Positions 1-9,127 of a DNA stretch of 64,000 nt are shown here, in pieces. This DNA comes from a virus (Duplodnaviria; Caudoviricetes). Position 1 is the stretch's first letter. Each line of letters starts with the position of its first letter. Location: IMG/VR virus record IMGVR_UViG_3300024270_000002; one strand, 5' to 3'. The translations under genes and the position numbers were made by a program. The notes under the pieces were generated by a model, which was not told the DNA's origin, searched no databases, and saw nothing but the letters and a program-made list of their open reading frames with translations.

Positions 1-2
1 AA

Positions 3-485
3 AATCTTGATATCCTGTTTGTAGACCAGTATTCACTTTTGGAAGATAATAGCAGAGCCAAGGTAGCTCATGAAAAGGTTGCTAATATCTCCAAGTCTAT
101 TAAGAACTTACAGGTTCTCAAGCAGATTCCTATTATTGCTGTTTCTCAGATGAATAGAACTAAGAACGAAGATAAGTCTCAGGATACTTCTCAGATTGCT
201 CTTTCTGACCGTATCGGACAGGACGCCACTGTTATTCTGATGCTTGATAAGCAGGATGCTGAAGACCCTAATCACCCTGGAGCCCATAAGGTTACAGTTA
301 ATATCGTAAAGTCAAGAGACGGCGGGGACGGCAGAAAGCTCGATTATCTTTGGAACTTCAATACAGGTGATTATCGTTATATCTCAAACGGTAATGATGG
401 AGTCACCTCAGAAGAAGATTTTGAAGAGATTGAAAACAGTTACAGTGCGGATTATCCTGTAACTGATGATGAATGCCCGTTTTAA
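3..485 (+). CDS. dnaB: Replicative DnaB-family helicase, C-terminal part (5' truncated by window edge)
   Basis: Frame open from nt 3 (NLDILFVDQYSLL); motifs IPIIAVSQMNR, DRIGQDATVIL, IVKSRDG; followed by primase. Confidence 0.9.
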   Translation, partial: NLDILFVDQYSLLEDNSRAKVAHEKVANISKSIKNLQVLKQIPIIAVSQMNRTKNEDKSQDTSQIALSDRIGQDATVILMLDKQDAEDPNHPGAHKVTVNIVKSRDGGDGRKLDYLWNFNTGDYRYISNGNDGVTSEEDFEEIENSYSADYPVTDDECPF

Positions 486-495
486 GGAGTAGGTT

Positions 496-1461
496 ATGCC
501 AGTACTTAGAGTTGATAATTATATAATTGAAACGCCTCTTTATGAGATAGTATGTCAACTCAAGATGGCGTTGACAAATGGTAAACTAAGAGAAATAAAG
601 TCTTGGAGTGAGGGTGACGACAATATCGTTGTCACCTGCCCCAACAGACACCACAAAGGTGGCCGTGAAGCGCATGCTGCAATGAATATCTATGTAGGAA
701 ATAGTTCTAAGATTCCGTACGGATATTGCAAATGCTGGTCCTGTGACTTCCAGTGCAGTTTTGTTAAGTTTATAGCAGAATGCTTTGAATGCTCGGAAGA
801 GTTTGCTAAGAATTGGCTTAAGGACAAATATGGCAAGATTTCTAGCTCAGGCATTGTTTTATGTGACGATATTGTTATAAAACAAAACAAAATGCCTGTT
901 CGTATGCCAGCAAGTTATTTAGACGCTTTTCAGGACTGGCACCCATATTTAGCTGAACGAAAGCTTTCAAGAGAAGTTTGTGAGCTTTTCAAAGTAAAAT
1001 ATGACCCACAAACAAGCCAGATAATTTTCCCATGTTTTGATTTAGCAGGAAAAATTATTATGGCACCAAGAAGGTCTATCTATAACAAAACTTTCATTAT
1101 AGAAAAAGACATTGAAAAGGCTGTATATTGTCTTGATTATATTATAAAAAATAATATTTCAACAGCAATTCTTTGCGAAGGACCCGTAGACGTTTTAACG
1201 TGCTATTCTAGAAATTACCCTGCTATTGGTACTTGGGGCAATCCGTCACCAAGCCAGATAGAAGCGATAAATAAATCGCCAATTAAAGTATTATATCTTG
1301 GAATGGATAATGACTGGGCAGGTCAAAGAATGGCTAACGTTGTAAGAGCAGGTCTTGACCCCAGAATTATTATAAAAGAAATAAAGTGGCCTCAGAAGGA
1401 CCCAAATGCATGTTCTTTAGAAGAATTTCAAAAAGCTTTAGAAGAAGCTAAAAATTCATAA
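496..1461 (+). CDS. dnaG: DNA primase (Zn-binding + TOPRIM)
   Basis: CPNRHH...CWSC Zn finger; ILCEGPVD and MDND TOPRIM motifs; KDPN; AAGGAG RBS. Confidence 0.9.
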   Translation: MPVLRVDNYIIETPLYEIVCQLKMALTNGKLREIKSWSEGDDNIVVTCPNRHHKGGREAHAAMNIYVGNSSKIPYGYCKCWSCDFQCSFVKFIAECFECSEEFAKNWLKDKYGKISSSGIVLCDDIVIKQNKMPVRMPASYLDAFQDWHPYLAERKLSREVCELFKVKYDPQTSQIIFPCFDLAGKIIMAPRRSIYNKTFIIEKDIEKAVYCLDYIIKNNISTAILCEGPVDVLTCYSRNYPAIGTWGNPSPSQIEAINKSPIKVLYLGMDNDWAGQRMANVVRAGLDPRIIIKEIKWPQKDPNACSLEEFQKALEEAKNS

Positions 1462-1469
1462 AATCACAT

Positions 1470-1479
1470 TGTATTATAT
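1470..1479 (+). promoter_or_regulatory. Early/middle-class promoter motif YGTATWATAT (first of about 10 copies)
   Basis: Recurs upstream of genes at 1470, 2513, 5642, 7231, 11307, 15072 (variant), 16542, 17636, 35935, 44398; contains a TATAAT-like -10. Confidence 0.7.
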
Positions 1480-1552
1480 AATATCAGACGACAACTGATA
1501 AATATAAAAATAATAAAAAAATACTAAACAATACCAAAGGAGAAAATCAAAA

Positions 1553-2464
1553 ATGTCAAACAGTACTTTTAATTTCGCACAGTATCAGCAGATCGCAGCT
1601 CAGGAGCAGACCCAGTCCGGTGATGGTACCAAAGTCGGGTACTTTAAACTCAAAGAGGATGGCGACATTGCCATCGCTCGTATCAATCTTAGTTCTACTG
1701 ATGAGTTTATGTTCGCAGCAGTTCATACTCTTCAGGTAGGCGGTAAATGGATGAAGGTAAGCTGCCACAATCCTCTCGGCATGAATGCAGCTGGCTGCCC
1801 TCTTTGCTCTGCAAATCAGGCAAACCCTAAGGGCTCTATCGGTAAGTCCGCTAAGAAGATGTTTATTCCTATGCTTGTTTCTTACCGCGATCCTCAATCC
1901 GCAACTGGTTACACACCTGTTACTCCTGTTATTTGGGACCGTCCTGCTCAGTTCTCTCGTGAGCTTGCTAATAAGCTTATGGTAGCAGGTAATCTTAAGG
2001 ATGTTCTCGTTCTCATTACCCGTAACGGTAAGGCAGGCGACATGCAGACTACTTACTCGGTAGATGTTCTTCCTGCAACTCATCCGGTATTTAAGCCTGA
2101 GATGATTCCTGCTGACTTCAGTGCTTTCAATAACTTTAATATCGCTAAGCATTCTTACTGGGAGAAGACTGTTGAGGAAATTAACACCTTCCTTGCTACA
2201 GGTCAGTTCCCTGAGGTTCCTAAGGCAAACAACCAGCAAGCTGTAAATACTGTAGCAAATACTGCTACTGCTTATGCGGCTCCGGCTGCTCCTGCTTACA
2301 CAGCACCTGCTCAGGCTGCACCCACTCAGACAGTTCCGGCATATGCTGCTCCCGCAGCACCTCAGTATACTGCACCCGCAGCGCCCATGAATACTCCTGC
2401 AACAGCAGCACCTGATAACGCAGCAACAACTCCTGTAAGAAACTTCTCTGGCTTCAGCTTCTAA
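1553..2464 (+). CDS. Single-stranded DNA-binding protein, T4 gp32-like, with Ala/Pro-rich tail
   Basis: GYFKLK, H...C...CPLC Zn ligands, ITRNGKAGDMQTTY; position between primase and polymerase; low-complexity APAAPAY tail. Confidence 0.75.
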   Translation: MSNSTFNFAQYQQIAAQEQTQSGDGTKVGYFKLKEDGDIAIARINLSSTDEFMFAAVHTLQVGGKWMKVSCHNPLGMNAAGCPLCSANQANPKGSIGKSAKKMFIPMLVSYRDPQSATGYTPVTPVIWDRPAQFSRELANKLMVAGNLKDVLVLITRNGKAGDMQTTYSVDVLPATHPVFKPEMIPADFSAFNNFNIAKHSYWEKTVEEINTFLATGQFPEVPKANNQQAVNTVANTATAYAAPAAPAYTAPAQAAPTQTVPAYAAPAAPQYTAPAAPMNTPATAAPDNAATTPVRNFSGFSF

Positions 2465-2480
2465 TAATTAAAACAAATTT

Positions 2481-2510
2481 AAAGACGGGTCTGAAAACGA
2501 TCCGTCTTTT
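2481..2510 (+). terminator. Intrinsic terminator after ssb
   Basis: AAAGACGGGTC-loop-GATCCGTCTTTT. Confidence 0.8.
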
Positions 2511-2553
2511 ATTGTATTATATTATATGAAATATATTTTAAGTGAGGTTATAC

Positions 2554-4407
2554 ATGAATAGTTTATTTGGAGGCTTTGATTTATCAGTAAGTACAAAGCC
2601 AAAAGTATCACCTGAAGCTCTTATTAAAAAAGCAACACCGACTGTTGTAGCAGAGCCTAAGAAGATAACTAATCAGAGTTTATTTGCCTCTGAAGAATTA
2701 TCTGAATTTAATGTAGAACTTAATAAGCCTAAGCCTGAAGCCCTGGCACGTAAGATTGCAAGTACTGAAGAAGGCGAAGTTGACACGGCTAAGGTACTTA
2801 AGTCTAAGAAGGTTTCTCTTGCTGAAAAACTCGCCTTAATTAAAATTAAGGTACTTGAAGTACTCGGTAAGCAGAGAAAGAATGTAATTGTAATTAAGAC
2901 AAAAGAAGATTTTGAAGATTATGTTTCTAAAGCTATCCAGTTCGGCCGAATTGCGATAGACACTGAGACCAATAACTCTACTGACCCCATGACTTGTCAG
3001 TTAATGGGTCTTTGTTTGTATTATGAAGGCGGTAAGCAGGCTTATATTCCTATTAATCACGTTAACCCTGAAACTGGCGAGCGCCTTGATTGGCAGCTTA
3101 CTGAAGCCGATTGTAGAGAGCAGCTTCAAAGAATTAAGGATGTCGGCACTTTTGTAGTAATGCACAATGGTAAGTTCGATTATGAAGTTATTAAGTGCAC
3201 CTGTGGCATTGAGATTGAGCCTGACTGGGATACTATGATCGGTGCTCACACGCTTAACGAGAACGAGCTTATGGGTCTTAAGCCCCAGTATATCAGTAAG
3301 ATTGACCCTACTCAAGAAAAATATGATATTGAGAGCTTATTTGTAGTGCCTTATAAGTACGTAGACCCCGATATTTTTGCTCTCTATGCTGCGACTGACT
3401 CGTATATGACTGACCGACTTTACCTGTATCAAGTAGCTATTTTTGAACAGCCTGGTAATGAAAGACTTTATTGGATGTTTAAAACTATTGAAATGCCTGT
3501 TGTAAAAGTAACTGCTGATATTGAGCTTATCGGTGTATGTATTGACCAGGACTTTGGCGAAAAGCTGAAGGTAAAGTATAATCAGATTCTCGAAGGAATC
3601 GATGAAAAAATTGAGGCCGAGCTGAAAAATCTTGAGCCACTGATTAACAAGTGGAAAAGCAGTAAGGACGCTACTGACAAAACAAAGCAGTTCGAGCCCA
3701 AGAAGACAAAGCTCTCGCTTGCTAAACTTGAGGAGAAGTATCCTTTTGTAGATGAGAAAACGGGTAAGAGATATAAAGTTGGTAAGGCTAAGATTGAGCA
3801 GCTTGGTGATCCTATTAACCTTGCTTCACCTACACAGCTTGCTATTGTATTTTATGATATTTTAAAGTGTCCTGTGGTAAGCAAAAAATCGCCCAGAGGC
3901 ACCGGAAAAGACGAGCTTGAGGCAATAGCTGAGAGAACCGATATTGCGCTCTGTAAGCTGATTTTGGAGCGTCGTGGCATAGTTAAATTGATTACTACCT
4001 ATATTGATGTTATTCCTGCTCTTGCACAGCATTGGCCCGACGGAAGAGTTAGATATCGCCTTAATTCAGCTGGTACTGATACAGGCAGATATTCATCTGG
4101 TGGTGAATTTAAGTTCTTGGACGAGAATGAAAATCCTGTAGAAATGGCCTCTATAAATTCGCAGAATATACCTTCACGTGGCGATGGTAAAATTACTCGT
4201 ATGCTTTTTAAGGCCAGAGAAGATTTTAATACTATTACTACTGATGATAATTGTTACAGACTACCTGAAATTTCTGAGATTGAAACTGTCGATGGTTGGA
4301 AGTTTGGTAAAGACCTTATAGTTGGTGATAAGCTAATTTCAGATGAAGGTACTGATATTATTATAAATATTGTATATATAAATAAAGAATACTTAATTTA
4401 TGTTTAA
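2554..4407 (+). CDS. polA: Family A DNA polymerase, N-terminal fragment (3'-5' exonuclease + thumb) ending in a degenerate intein-like tail
   Basis: Exo motifs DTET, HNGKFD, YAATD; NLASPTQL, TGRYSS, NSQNIP, RMLFKA; last ~62 aa resemble an intein N-part (EIETVDGWKFGKDLIVGDKL). Start moved to ATG 2554 after GAGG. Confidence 0.9.
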   Translation: MNSLFGGFDLSVSTKPKVSPEALIKKATPTVVAEPKKITNQSLFASEELSEFNVELNKPKPEALARKIASTEEGEVDTAKVLKSKKVSLAEKLALIKIKVLEVLGKQRKNVIVIKTKEDFEDYVSKAIQFGRIAIDTETNNSTDPMTCQLMGLCLYYEGGKQAYIPINHVNPETGERLDWQLTEADCREQLQRIKDVGTFVVMHNGKFDYEVIKCTCGIEIEPDWDTMIGAHTLNENELMGLKPQYISKIDPTQEKYDIESLFVVPYKYVDPDIFALYAATDSYMTDRLYLYQVAIFEQPGNERLYWMFKTIEMPVVKVTADIELIGVCIDQDFGEKLKVKYNQILEGIDEKIEAELKNLEPLINKWKSSKDATDKTKQFEPKKTKLSLAKLEEKYPFVDEKTGKRYKVGKAKIEQLGDPINLASPTQLAIVFYDILKCPVVSKKSPRGTGKDELEAIAERTDIALCKLILERRGIVKLITTYIDVIPALAQHWPDGRVRYRLNSAGTDTGRYSSGGEFKFLDENENPVEMASINSQNIPSRGDGKITRMLFKAREDFNTITTDDNCYRLPEISEIETVDGWKFGKDLIVGDKLISDEGTDIIINIVYINKEYLIYV

Positions 4408-4440
4408 GCTTTTTAAAGCATGAAAGGAGAGTGATGCTAA

Positions 4441-5604
4441 ATGAGTAAGTCCGTAAGAACGAGAACCCGGTATAAACTGGTTGGTTCGGACTATTCTTAG
4501 TCTGCGCAGGAACCCCGATTGACTGCACACATGGCAAACGATGAAAATATGATTCAAGCATACAGAGAAGGTAAGGACCTCTACTGTGTTATTGCATCAA
4601 AAGTTTTTAATAATAAATACGAAGATAATCTTGAGTTCTACCCTGAGGGAACAGAAATCGAGCTTGATGGTAAGAAGATTATTTGTGGACATAAGACACA
4701 TTTAAATAAAGCAGGTAAAGAGCGTAGATCCCTGTCCAAAATGATACTTTTGGCGATTACGTATGGAATGTCAAGTAACACTCTTGCAGGCAGAATTAAT
4801 AAGACAAAAGAAGAAGCTCAGGAAATCATGGATAGCTTCTTTGATAGCTTCCCCAAAGTAAAGGCGCTGATTGAAGATTCTAAGCAGACTCTACGAGAAA
4901 ATGGTTATGTAGAAGACTGGGCGGGCAGAAGACGTCATTTGACTGACTACTTCCTTAACCCCTATGAAGCAGCCTATGCAAATCCAGAAAAGCTTATTGA
5001 GCAAACTTTTAATCCTATTCTTGGATGTGAGAGTCGTCCGCTTGTAGATGATAAGCTCACCTCTTGGGTTAACAGGGCTAAGATGGCACGTGGTAATAAA
5101 GAATTTGACCAGCTGGCTAAAGAAGCAGCAAAAGAAGGTATTATTTTATCTGCTAACACTGGGCGTATTGCTCAGGCAGAACGTCAGTGTTTAAATGCAC
5201 GTATTCAAGGCGGTGCAGGCTCATTAACGAAATTGGCGATGATTAATATTCACAATAGCCAGGAGCTAAAGGACCGAGATGCTCATCTTGTTATGACTAT
5301 TCACGATGAGGTTATGCTGGAATGCCCTGCCCTTTATGCAGAAGAAGTTTCAGAGATTCTTCCGAGAATTATGATCGAGACAGCAGTACCTTATATTTCA
5401 GTTGGAATGAAATGCGACCCTGCTGTAGAGTCTAGATGGTATTGCGGAGAATATGCTGTCGCCGTGCAGTCCGAATTTAAGAAGTACGAAGAAAAAGGCT
5501 GTACTCGTGAAGAAGCCTTCCAGAAGCTCTACGCAAATCATCCAGAGCTTCCTGAAGAAGCTATTTATAAAACAATTACTGAAGGTATTGACTTGGAGTT
5601 TTAA
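4441..5604 (+). CDS. polA: Family A DNA polymerase, C-terminal fragment; in-frame TAG at 4498-4500 inside motif A
   Basis: GAAAGGAG RBS then MSKSVRTRTRYKLVGSDYS*SAQEPRLTAH; motif B RSLSKMILLAITYG; motif C IHDE. ORF track start 4519 omits the catalytic Asp. Confidence 0.85.
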
Positions 5605-5609
5605 AATTT

Positions 5610-5639
5610 AAGGTGAGTTAGTAAAATAACTCACCTTTT
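5610..5639 (+). terminator. Intrinsic terminator after polA
   Basis: AAGGTGAGTTA-GTAAAA-TAACTCACCTTTT. Confidence 0.85.
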
Positions 5640-5685
5640 ATTGTATTATATAGTATGTAAAAATAAAATAAGGAGAAACTATAAA

Positions 5686-6825
5686 ATGATTTTAAAGACA
5701 AAGAATTTCCAGGAAGCAGCTAATAAGATTCTTTTGGCCGTTGGAGTAGATAAGGCAGCAGCAAATCTTGAGCTTGCCGCAAAGGATACCGCTCTTTACC
5801 TTAGAGTCACCAACAGAGAGTGGTATACGGCAATCAAGTTTGACCTTGAGAATCCCACTGAATTCCGGGCAGTAGTAGACGCTAATCTTTTCCTTAACCT
5901 TATTTCAGGCATCAGTACTGAAGAGTTTGAGCTTGAGATCAAGGACACCGTTGTAGTGGTAAAGGCAGGCAAGAGCTCTTATAAGCTCGCTATGATTTAT
6001 GAAAATGACCAGCTCATGAAGCTTCCTATTATTAAGCTTGACCCTGATCAGGTGACTGTAAGTATGACTATCTCTAATGATGTTCTTATGAGTATTCTTA
6101 ACGTAAACAGCCGCGAGGTTCAGAAGGCTAAGAAGGTTGAAGTAAACGAGCTTCAGCGTTATTATTACATTGACGAGACTGGTTGCTTTACTTTCACTAC
6201 CGGTGCTTGTATCAATGCTTTCACTCTTGAGAAGCCTATCAAGCTTCTTCTTACTGATAAGGTAGTAAAGCTCTTTAAGCTCTTTGGCTCTGACGCTTTC
6301 CTGTCTTATGGACATATCGTAAATGCTGATAACTCTCTTCAGCCTATTGTAGTTTTCCAGACTGAGGACGTTTATGTAGCAACTAGACTTCTTAGTGATG
6401 AGACTTGCATTCAGAAGGTTAAGGCGCCCTGTGATGCAATGAAGGCTCTTGCTAAGGAAGTATATGAGCATAACCTCGTACTTTCTGCTACTGATCTTTC
6501 TGCAGCAATCAGCAGACTTCTTATGTTCCACAAGAATAGTAGTGCAAAGGCAGACCTTTCATTTGTCCCTGCTTCTGTAGAGTTTTCTAATACTGAGCTT
6601 ACTATCTCTGACCTTTCTGGTGATAATAAGGAAGTTATTACTATCGAAAACGGTAGCTCAACTCCTGGCGGTTATTCTATGGGCGTAAACCTTATCGACC
6701 TTAAGGCCGTTCTTGATTCTTGCAAGAATGAGCATATTACTATGAACTGCGGTAACCACAAGTCTATTATTATCTGCCGAGCAAATATCAGTAATGTTAT
6801 TGCTGAGACGAGGACTAAGGAATAA
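5686..6825 (+). CDS. dnaN: DNA sliding clamp, Pol III beta-like
   Basis: About 380 aa with three-domain clamp pattern (LYLRVTNRE, DLSAAISRL, MGVNLIDLKAVL); clamp loader genes nearby; ATG 5686 after AGGAG. Confidence 0.75.
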   Translation: MILKTKNFQEAANKILLAVGVDKAAANLELAAKDTALYLRVTNREWYTAIKFDLENPTEFRAVVDANLFLNLISGISTEEFELEIKDTVVVVKAGKSSYKLAMIYENDQLMKLPIIKLDPDQVTVSMTISNDVLMSILNVNSREVQKAKKVEVNELQRYYYIDETGCFTFTTGACINAFTLEKPIKLLLTDKVVKLFKLFGSDAFLSYGHIVNADNSLQPIVVFQTEDVYVATRLLSDETCIQKVKAPCDAMKALAKEVYEHNLVLSATDLSAAISRLLMFHKNSSAKADLSFVPASVEFSNTELTISDLSGDNKEVITIENGSSTPGGYSMGVNLIDLKAVLDSCKNEHITMNCGNHKSIIICRANISNVIAETRTKE

Positions 6826-7319
6826 TGGCAAATACGACTATTGGGAAAAAATGGGAAAATAAATTCGCTTCAACTTTTGAAAAGCAGTTTCCTGATAAGC
6901 TTATCTACCGCCTGCCAGACCAGCAAAGTGGCTATGCAGGCGAAGGTGGCTCCAACCCCTGCGATTTCTTGTGTTATCCTGGCGATTGTGTTTTAATGGT
7001 TGAGTGTAAAGCAATAAAAGGTGCATCGATTAATTTTAGTGAAATTAGACAGTATAAACCAATGCTTGGTTATAAAGGCCGTTATAAAACGCATATTGGT
7101 GTATTAGTCTGGTTTTATGAGAAGGACCAGATCATTTGGGTCAGCATTGAAGAAATGGAAAAAATGGCTGCTGATGGTGAGAAGTCAATTGGGCTTAGAA
7201 TGATTAATGAGAAAAAACCTTACAAAAAATCGTATAATATAATTAAGGTTGACGCTCAAAAGTTACGTACTTTTATGGAAGCAGACCTTATTAAATTAGT
7301 GGAGGTTTTGAATGGCTAA
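6825..7319 (+). CDS. RecU-like Holliday junction resolvase (PD-(D/E)xK)
   Basis: GKKWE, RLPD, PCDF, VECK, Q motif. Confidence 0.7.
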   Translation: MANTTIGKKWENKFASTFEKQFPDKLIYRLPDQQSGYAGEGGSNPCDFLCYPGDCVLMVECKAIKGASINFSEIRQYKPMLGYKGRYKTHIGVLVWFYEKDQIIWVSIEEMEKMAADGEKSIGLRMINEKKPYKKSYNIIKVDAQKLRTFMEADLIKLVEVLNG

Positions 7320-7857
7320 AGATTTAAATAAAGCTCTCGAAGCAGTTGAGCTTACTTATGGTCAGATTAAAGAAATTGCCGATAGTATGCTCGCTGGGCC
7401 TTTTGAAGAGCCTAATAGAATTGTAGAAATGATTCAATATAATATTGAGTCTATGTCTATTGAAATGCTTAGAGATTCTATCCTGAGACTTCAGCTCGCA
7501 GTTTATTCTTTGAGTGAGCTTAGAGATAGATCTGGTATTAAGGCAGTTTGTGCCGAAGCAATTAAGAAAGAAGCTTATGCTGCATCGTATATTGGACAGG
7601 AAGGAACTGCCGGAGTAAAAGATTCTAATACTACTCTTGCTATTTCTGAGAATATCGTTGCTCAGTGCCTCTACGACCTTGTAGCAAGTTTGGTTAAAAC
7701 TAAGGTTGACATGTGTCTCAGATTAATTGATTCTCTTAAGAGTATTTTGATGAGTAGGATGCAAGAGGCAAAATTTATGCAGATGAGCACCACAGCTGAT
7801 GGAAGTAGCCCCTACGCTCAGCAGTCAACTAGACAGATTTTAAATGAAAACTATTAA
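7312..7857 (+). CDS. Helical protein upstream of recA, possible UvsY-like recombination mediator
   Basis: All-helical composition and adjacency to RecA only. Confidence 0.35.
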   Translation: MAKDLNKALEAVELTYGQIKEIADSMLAGPFEEPNRIVEMIQYNIESMSIEMLRDSILRLQLAVYSLSELRDRSGIKAVCAEAIKKEAYAASYIGQEGTAGVKDSNTTLAISENIVAQCLYDLVASLVKTKVDMCLRLIDSLKSILMSRMQEAKFMQMSTTADGSSPYAQQSTRQILNENY

Positions 7858-7872
7858 TAAGGAGTACAAATA

Positions 7873-9018
7873 ATGGCAAGTCTTTTAGACACTGTTAAAC
7901 GACTAAACAAAGAATTTAAAGATGATCAAATGATCATTAAGAGTAATATTATCCCCAAATATGATCGCCTTGCTTGCGGAGCACTCGGAAGTGACTATGT
8001 GCTCTTCGGTGGTTTGCCTTATGGACGTATTTGTGTATATTCAGGTCTTCAACATTCAGGAAAAACTACAGGAGCTTGCTGTCAACTTGCAGCGTATCAG
8101 AGAGCACATCCTGAGCAGACATGTGTTTATGTGGATGTAGAACATTCACTCGATCTTAAGTTCCAGGCAATTATGAATGGTGTAGACCTTGAGAAGCTTT
8201 ATTATGTAAATCCCAATGGTCTGTCTGGTGAGCAGATTCTTGATATGATTGTCGAATTCCAGAAATCAGATGATGTCGGTATGATTATTCTAGACTCACT
8301 TCCTGCGCTTATTCCTGCTTGTGTACTTGCTAATGATCTTACCAAGGATAATGGTATGAGAGCTACAATGGCTAAGCCCCTTTATCCTTTCTGTGCTATC
8401 ATGTCAGATCTTGTAGCTAAGAAGGGTAATATTTTCATTATGATTAACCAAGTCCGCGACGATGGTAAAACTTTTACAGGTATTCAGAAGTTTAAGGAAC
8501 CTTGCGGAGGAGCACCGCAATTTTATTCTTCTGTGTCAGTTCGTTTTGGCACGAGAAAGTTTACTCTCGGTGACGACATGGATGCTTGTGGTGCAAAGAA
8601 TGGTGAAGGTGCTGACGGCTTTAGACTTCAGTTTAAGATTATGAAGAACAAGACTGCTCCTTGTAATAGAGGCGGTGGTTTTATTACCTATAGATACGCA
8701 ACAGGCCTTGATTGGATGAATGACCTTCTTGAGATTGCCCTTGGTTTTGGTTTCATTAACCGCTTAAATAACGTTACGTATCAGCTGCTTAATCTCGAAA
8801 CTGGCGAAGTCTATAAGGATGAGCTTGGTAATGACCTGACCGGTAAAAAGGCTGTATTAATCGATTATATTAAAACGCATCCCGCTTTCCAGACAGAATA
8901 TCTTGGTATGCTAAATAGATTTATTTCTGCAAATGATAAGTCATATGGTTCACTTCTGGACGAGCGTGCTTCTGCAGAGATTGATGCTCAGGAAGCAGCT
9001 ATAGAAGTCTCGGAATAA
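7873..9018 (+). CDS. recA: RecA/UvsX recombinase
   Basis: GGLPYGRI, Walker A GLQHSGKT, YVDVEHSLD, IILDSL, FIMINQVR, KNKTAP. Confidence 0.95.
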   Translation: MASLLDTVKRLNKEFKDDQMIIKSNIIPKYDRLACGALGSDYVLFGGLPYGRICVYSGLQHSGKTTGACCQLAAYQRAHPEQTCVYVDVEHSLDLKFQAIMNGVDLEKLYYVNPNGLSGEQILDMIVEFQKSDDVGMIILDSLPALIPACVLANDLTKDNGMRATMAKPLYPFCAIMSDLVAKKGNIFIMINQVRDDGKTFTGIQKFKEPCGGAPQFYSSVSVRFGTRKFTLGDDMDACGAKNGEGADGFRLQFKIMKNKTAPCNRGGGFITYRYATGLDWMNDLLEIALGFGFINRLNNVTYQLLNLETGEVYKDELGNDLTGKKAVLIDYIKTHPAFQTEYLGMLNRFISANDKSYGSLLDERASAEIDAQEAAIEVSE

Positions 9019-9026
9019 AGTAATTT

Positions 9027-9060
9027 ATTGAGAGCCAAGTATCACCACAAGGCTCTCAAT
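9027..9060 (+). terminator. Hairpin/terminator after recA
   Basis: ATTGAGAGCC...GGCTCTCAAT followed by an AT/T-rich run. Confidence 0.6.
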
Positions 9061-9086
9061 AATTTTTAAATTTACTCAAAATTATT

Positions 9087-9095
9087 TGCTAAATT
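9087..9095 (+). promoter_or_regulatory. Late-class promoter motif TGCTAAATT (first of 11 copies)
   Basis: Recurs intergenically at 9087, 23258, 26122, 32252, 34607, 40516 (CGCTAAATT), 40987, 45952, 51500, 53922, 62244, mostly before virion genes. Confidence 0.8.
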
Positions 9096-9127
9096 TAATA
9101 GAAAACAAATTAAAGGAGACAGTTATT

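Noticed and set aside
4435-4443. TGCTAAATG as a late promoter for the polA C-fragment
   Set aside because: One mismatch, and it overlaps the start codon, so a transcript from it would lack the RBS and ATG
4498-4500. Genome-wide TAG reassignment (code 15) explaining the polA stop
   Set aside because: All other long genes, including structural ones, are intact in code 11 with no internal TAG, and TAG=Gln would put two extra residues in motif A
4219-4500. Self-splicing group I/II intron in polA
   Set aside because: The insert is mostly protein-coding and AT-rich, no intron core is recognisable, and the motif A half lies inside the interval
4519-5604. ORF-track start at TTG 4519 as the true polA C-fragment start
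   Set aside because: It omits the catalytic Asp of motif A; only a weak AGGA precedes it, versus GAAAGGAG before 4441
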